A stretch of 63,958 nt of DNA, filler included, from an uncultured bacterium (GTDB taxonomy: Bacteria; Hinthialibacterota; Hinthialibacteria; Hinthialibacterales; Hinthialibacteraceae): the NCBI GenBank assembly GCA_964449065.1. It is 3 parts of 3 records of this genome, joined end to end, with 100 filler letters (N's around TTAATTAATTAA, not from the genome) between each part and the next. Parts side by side here need not be neighbours in the genome. Positions count along the whole stretch, not along the records: positions 45,443 to 63,958 come from CAYVAZ010000064.1; 2 more parts are not named here. One strand, written 5' to 3'. How positions within the stretch are numbered: the stretch's first letter is position 1; the number at the start of each line of letters is the position of its first letter. Shown here piece after piece: positions 60,039 through 63,958 of this stretch. The translations under genes and the position numbers were made by a program. Under the pieces are notes generated by a model that saw nothing but the letters and a program-made list of their open reading frames with translations, did no database searches and was not told the origin of the DNA.

Positions 60039-61097
60039 GTGTCTGAATTTAAAGTATCTGTAGAAAAGATTGAAATTGAGAGCCACCCTAATGCTGATGC
60101 CCTAGAGCTAGCTAAGGTTGGTGATTACCGATCTATTGTTAAAAAAGGACAATATAAAACTGGAGATCTTGTTGCATACATTCCAGAGCAAGCTATTGTT
60201 CCTGAAGACATTCTTAATGAACTTGGTCTTACGGGTCGCCTTGCGGGAAAAGAAAAAAATCGTGTAAAAGCTATTAAGCTGCGAGGTATCCTTTCTCAAG
60301 GTATTTGTTATCCAGCGAAACAAAATTGGTCTGAAGGACAAGATGTAACGTCTGACTTAGGCATTACTAAGTGGGAGCCTCCTATTCCTACTGAACTAGC
60401 CGGAGAAGTATGGAATGCTGGTAGCGATAAATGTATCAAGTATGATATTGAAAATCTTAAACGACATCCTGATGTATTTGAAGAAGGTGAAGAAGTAGTT
60501 TTTACCGAGAAAATCCACGGAAGCTATTGTCAACTCGGAGCAATGGAAGATGATACTTTAGTGGTTGCTTCCAAGGGGCTTGGGGCAAAAGGTTTAGCCT
60601 TCAAAGAGAACGAAAGGAATTCTAATAACCTTTATCTAAGAGTTGCTAGATACCTTGGTATAGTTGAGCGTGTAAGAAAAGTTTACGCTAATAATCAAAA
60701 AGTATTTGTTCTGGGTGAAATTTTTGGTAAAGGTGTTCAAGACCTGTCCTACGGGTCCAGCACAGATAAAGATGATACTCTAGGTTTTAGAGTATTTGAT
60801 ATTTATGTCGGCAATCCTGGTGAAGGAAGCTATGAAAATTACATGGCATTAGTAGAGAATTCTACTGCGATGGGGTTAAGTATGGTTCCTGTTCTTTACT
60901 CTGGACCTTACTCTAAAGAATTAGTAGAAGAATATACTTCCGGCAAAGAAACTGTTTCTGGAAAAGAGCAGCATATTCGAGAGGGTATTGTTATTAGACC
61001 TATTGAAGAGAGAAGGCATGATGAACTGGGAAGAGTCCAGCTAAAAAGTGTAAGCGAAGATTACTTGCTGCGAAAGGGCGGCACGGAGTATAACTAA
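60039..61097 (+). CDS. ATP-dependent RNA ligase, DRB0094-like family
   Basis: N-terminal HPNAD.LE OB-like domain; TEKIHGS motif I, GEIFG, FDI, REGIVI, LKSVS; GTG start 60039 with AAGGAG. Confidence 0.9.
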   Translation: MSEFKVSVEKIEIESHPNADALELAKVGDYRSIVKKGQYKTGDLVAYIPEQAIVPEDILNELGLTGRLAGKEKNRVKAIKLRGILSQGICYPAKQNWSEGQDVTSDLGITKWEPPIPTELAGEVWNAGSDKCIKYDIENLKRHPDVFEEGEEVVFTEKIHGSYCQLGAMEDDTLVVASKGLGAKGLAFKENERNSNNLYLRVARYLGIVERVRKVYANNQKVFVLGEIFGKGVQDLSYGSSTDKDDTLGFRVFDIYVGNPGEGSYENYMALVENSTAMGLSMVPVLYSGPYSKELVEEYTSGKETVSGKEQHIREGIVIRPIEERRHDELGRVQLKSVSEDYLLRKGGTEYN

Positions 61098-61315
61098 TGC
61101 AATTTAAACTAGGTGATGGTGATATATATAATCTTGTATTAGAATTTAGACCAGATTTTTATAGTCATGATCTTTGGGTTGTTCACTCATCTGATGACGC
61201 ACCAGAATATGCAAAAGATTTAAGTGGTTACGGAGTAACTATAGAAAAAGCTATAGAAGATTATGTAAAACGTTTAGAAGATAATAAGCTAAAAAAGGAC
61301 CGATGGGGAGTTTAG
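61097..61315 (+). CDS. Phage hypothetical protein
   Basis: TAATG overlap; SGYG.T.E.AI. Confidence 0.6.
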   Translation: MQFKLGDGDIYNLVLEFRPDFYSHDLWVVHSSDDAPEYAKDLSGYGVTIEKAIEDYVKRLEDNKLKKDRWGV

Positions 61316-61316
61316 A

Positions 61317-61805
61317 ATGTACACTCAGCATACTTCTAAAAATGAAAGAAGGTTGATTAAAGAAGCTCTTTCTTTTAAAACGCAAAAAGAGGCACGTGAA
61401 AAAGGTTGGAAGTTTATTGGTGAAGGAGCATTTAGAAAAGTATTTAGAAAAAATAATATTGTTCTAAAATTTACTAAAAGATCACCATATAGTGAAGATA
61501 GGGATGCTTGCATTAGAGAGGCCTATTTTTATTTCAAAGTTCTAAAACCTCATCAAAGAAAAAATTTTGCTAGAATTTATGCATGGCGAAATGACAGAGT
61601 TATCCAGAAATATTACCCACAAAAGAAAATCTGGACAATTGACGATGAGATTAAAGTAGAAAGATTAGTTAATCGTTTTAGTCTAGGTGATGTACAAGCT
61701 GGTAATGATAAATATGAAGGACACAATATAACCGTTTATAGAGGTCGACCAATTTGTTATGATATGGATATCGAGTCAGAATGCCTAGATTACTGGGATT
61801 TTTAA
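61317..61805 (+). CDS. Protein-kinase-like protein
   Basis: IGEGAFRKVF glycine loop, VLKF, E of helix C, D...GN/HNI, ICYD. Confidence 0.65.
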   Translation: MYTQHTSKNERRLIKEALSFKTQKEAREKGWKFIGEGAFRKVFRKNNIVLKFTKRSPYSEDRDACIREAYFYFKVLKPHQRKNFARIYAWRNDRVIQKYYPQKKIWTIDDEIKVERLVNRFSLGDVQAGNDKYEGHNITVYRGRPICYDMDIESECLDYWDF

Positions 61806-61810
61806 GAGAT

Positions 61811-62809
61811 ATGAAAATTGCATTAATTACAGATACATGGTTTCCACAAATAAATGGAGTGGTTACTACACTAAACCAAACAGTGAAAACTTTAGAAAAA
61901 AGAGGTTATTCTGTAGACTTAATAGAGCCTTGTCAGTTCTTCAACATTCCTTGCCCAACTTATCCTGAAATAAAATTAGCTTTTCCAATTATAAAACTAT
62001 ATAGAAGACTTAAAAAACTTAAGCCTGATTATATTCATATAGCAAACGAAGGTCCGCTAGGAGTAGCTGCTCAGATAATTTGCAGGTTTATGCATTGGCC
62101 TTTTACCACAGCCTTTCATACTAAACTAGCAGAGTATACTCATGAAAGGTTTAGGTTCTTTCCAGTTTGGTTGGGTTATGTATATCTAAAACTATTTCAT
62201 AAAAACTCTAAAAGGATTTTGGTTCCCAGTCAGTCTATAAAAAAAGAGTTAGAAAATAGGAATTTTGAAAACATAGTATTTTGGAGTAGAGGCGTTAATA
62301 CTTTAAAATTTAGTCCCGGTGTTACCAAAGCTTCTTATAAAAAACCAGTCGAACTTTATGTTGGCAGAGTTTCAATAGAAAAAAACTTAGATGCTTGGTT
62401 GTCATTACCTACTGAGGGAACTAAGGTGGTTGTAGGTGACGGCCCATATTTAAAAGAACTACAATCTAAATACCCTAATGTTGTATTTACTGGATATAAA
62501 AAAGGAAAAGATTTGATAAACTATTACAGATCTGCAGATGTATTTGTTTTTCCATCTAAGAGTGATACATTTGGATTGGTTCAGTTAGAGGCTCTAGCTT
62601 GTGGCTTACCTATAGCGGCATATCCTGTTACGGGTCCACTTGATGTGGTAACAGAAGAAGTAGGTTGTTTAAATGAGTCCTTAGAGGAAGCTATAAAGGT
62701 AGCGCTGATAAAAGATCCTAAAAAATGCAGAGAGTATGCATTGACCTTTTCATGGGATAAGTGTATTGATACGTTTATTAATAGCTTACAAAAAATAAGG
62801 CATAAATAA
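61811..62809 (+). CDS. GT4 glycosyltransferase
   Basis: TDTWFPQINGVV, HIANEGPLG, YVGRVSIEKN, FPSKSDTFGLVQLEALACG. Confidence 0.92.
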   Translation: MKIALITDTWFPQINGVVTTLNQTVKTLEKRGYSVDLIEPCQFFNIPCPTYPEIKLAFPIIKLYRRLKKLKPDYIHIANEGPLGVAAQIICRFMHWPFTTAFHTKLAEYTHERFRFFPVWLGYVYLKLFHKNSKRILVPSQSIKKELENRNFENIVFWSRGVNTLKFSPGVTKASYKKPVELYVGRVSIEKNLDAWLSLPTEGTKVVVGDGPYLKELQSKYPNVVFTGYKKGKDLINYYRSADVFVFPSKSDTFGLVQLEALACGLPIAAYPVTGPLDVVTEEVGCLNESLEEAIKVALIKDPKKCREYALTFSWDKCIDTFINSLQKIRHK

Positions 62810-62836
62810 AAATATTAAATTAAAAGGAATAGATAA

Positions 62837-63121
62837 ATGTTAATACATTTTGGGTTAAGTCCAGATCTTGCAGAGGAAGCAATTAAAGATAAAAATAGTC
62901 ACAAGCTGATTGTTCAAGGCTTTGTGGAAAAAGGAAATAATTTAATTATTCTCTTGACAGCAAACAACAAGACCGTTATAGTACCTTTTAATGAGTTGAG
63001 GCCAAGTGTATTAGAGTCTCCTGATTTTGACAGACCTTCAATTATTGATGATGGTCTTACTTTAAAATTGGGCAACTATGAAGCTCCAGCATATGTACTC
63101 ATTGAAGAATTCTCTAAATGA
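62837..63121 (+). CDS. Phage hypothetical protein
   Basis: PDFD..IIDDG.TLKLG.YEA. Confidence 0.6.
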   Translation: MLIHFGLSPDLAEEAIKDKNSHKLIVQGFVEKGNNLIILLTANNKTVIVPFNELRPSVLESPDFDRPSIIDDGLTLKLGNYEAPAYVLIEEFSK

Positions 63122-63133
63122 AAGGCTTTTGGT

Positions 63134-63502
63134 ATGAGAATTTCGCCAAAAGAGTTGATGGTAAAGAAGCACATCAAGATTACATTTCCTTTATTTTTTG
63201 GTAAAATTTGTAATTCCTGCAATCATCTAGTGAATTTTGAAAAGATGTATTGCCTCAAGGATCGAAGCCAGCATTTTTGTACGACTTGTTATAAAAGCAA
63301 AGAAGAAGTTTACGATGATATTTTTGTAAAAGAGATAACTGCTCATGATATTATTTTAAGAAACGAACGAAAAGCTCTCACAAAAGTTTTGGAGAATATT
63401 GCGTTAGACATTTCAGAACTGCCAGATGGAGAAGTAAGTCCATCTGTACATAGTGTGGTAATAAAACACTCCATATCTCTTGGACTAAAGGGATATGGGT
63501 AA
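63134..63502 (+). CDS. Zinc-finger-like hypothetical protein
   Basis: CNSC and CTTC pairs. Confidence 0.6.
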   Translation: MRISPKELMVKKHIKITFPLFFGKICNSCNHLVNFEKMYCLKDRSQHFCTTCYKSKEEVYDDIFVKEITAHDIILRNERKALTKVLENIALDISELPDGEVSPSVHSVVIKHSISLGLKGYG

Positions 63503-63516
63503 AAAGGTAAATAATC

Positions 63517-63897
63517 ATGAGTGATGAATTTAAATTATGCTTCGTAGATGGTAACTGGGCTTGGTTCACTACCGCACCGTTACACCAACAATGGGGAGAT
63601 GACTGGGATGATGCTCCTTATGAACACAATGCTGGATTTCCTTATGAATGGAGACCTGATTGTGAAATCCCAGAGTATCGTATCTTGAAAGTTGCTTGGG
63701 ATGGTTCATTTATTGAACCTAGTTTTGAGCATATAAATTCATCATTTTCGGTTCGAGACATCAATAACCGCATAATTCCTTGGCTTAGACCAAGTTATGG
63801 CAGCGACTTTAAAGATGTTATTTATGCGGGCGATAATCTTGATAATTTTATTAAGATTATAGAAATAGGTAAAGGTAAAGTTTATATTCCGGCATAG
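63517..63897 (+). CDS. Phage hypothetical protein
   Basis: WGDDWDDAPYEHNAG.PY motif. Confidence 0.7.
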   Translation: MSDEFKLCFVDGNWAWFTTAPLHQQWGDDWDDAPYEHNAGFPYEWRPDCEIPEYRILKVAWDGSFIEPSFEHINSSFSVRDINNRIIPWLRPSYGSDFKDVIYAGDNLDNFIKIIEIGKGKVYIPA

Positions 63898-63958
63898 CTC
63901 AGTTGGTAGAGCGCCTGGCTGTTAACCAGGTTGTCGTAGGTTCGAGCCCTACTGCCGG
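63888..63958 (+). tRNA. tRNA-Asn(GTT), 3' end cut by window edge
   Basis: TCCGGCA/TGCCGG acceptor, GCTC-AGTTGGTA-GAGC D-arm, CCTGG-CTGTTAA-CCAGG, GTAGG-TTCGAGC-CCTAC. Confidence 0.95.

Larger units (their letters stand above)
45443..63958 (+). mobile_element. Fragment of a large phage genome (early/accessory gene region)
   Basis: AT-rich, dozens of short tightly packed same-strand ORFs, GP88-like, SLT, RNA ligase, two tRNAs, no core housekeeping operons. Confidence 0.85.

Noticed and set aside
24941..63958. Functional link between the mCpol islet and the phage contig
   Set aside because: They lie on different contigs separated by an artificial spacer; no evidence of a host relationship

Overview
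The window is three unlinked assembly pieces joined by artificial 100-nt spacers (N44-TTAATTAATTAA-N44 at 22716-22815 and 45343-45442), so nothing can be inferred across those joins. Piece 1 (1-22715) is bacterial chromosome: nucleotide-sugar dehydrogenase, methyltransferase, lptB, REC-degenerate GGDEF protein, Tat Gfo/Idh/MocA oxidoreductase, a partial and reordered complex I operon (nuoEFGHJKNLM), a VapBC-like pair plus orphan DUF433, a DM13 protein, a pentapeptide-repeat protein and an MBL hydrolase. Piece 2 (22816-45342) is also bacterial: polysaccharide deacetylase, an AT-rich islet pairing a minimal CRISPR polymerase (mCpol) with a frameshifted 2TM-TPR gene (the best candidate for a new nucleotide-signalling defence system), SGNH protein, rplM-rpsI, XRE/S24-like regulator, a 271-bp MITE, rlmD-like MTase, tig-clpP-clpX-carD, a 3.8-kb sigma54-type island flanked by two copies of the nadC 3' end, nadC and a partial TPR gene. 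Piece 3 (45443-63958) is an AT-rich, single-strand array of small genes typical of the early/accessory region of a large phage: GP88-like protein, bL12-like proteins, SLT, cyclic-phosphate receiver, DUF3445, metalloproteases, DEDDh exonuclease, tRNA-Arg(TCT), DRB0094-type RNA ligase, kinase-like protein, GT4 glycosyltransferase and tRNA-Asn(GTT). All family assignments are by motif recognition, with no database searches run.
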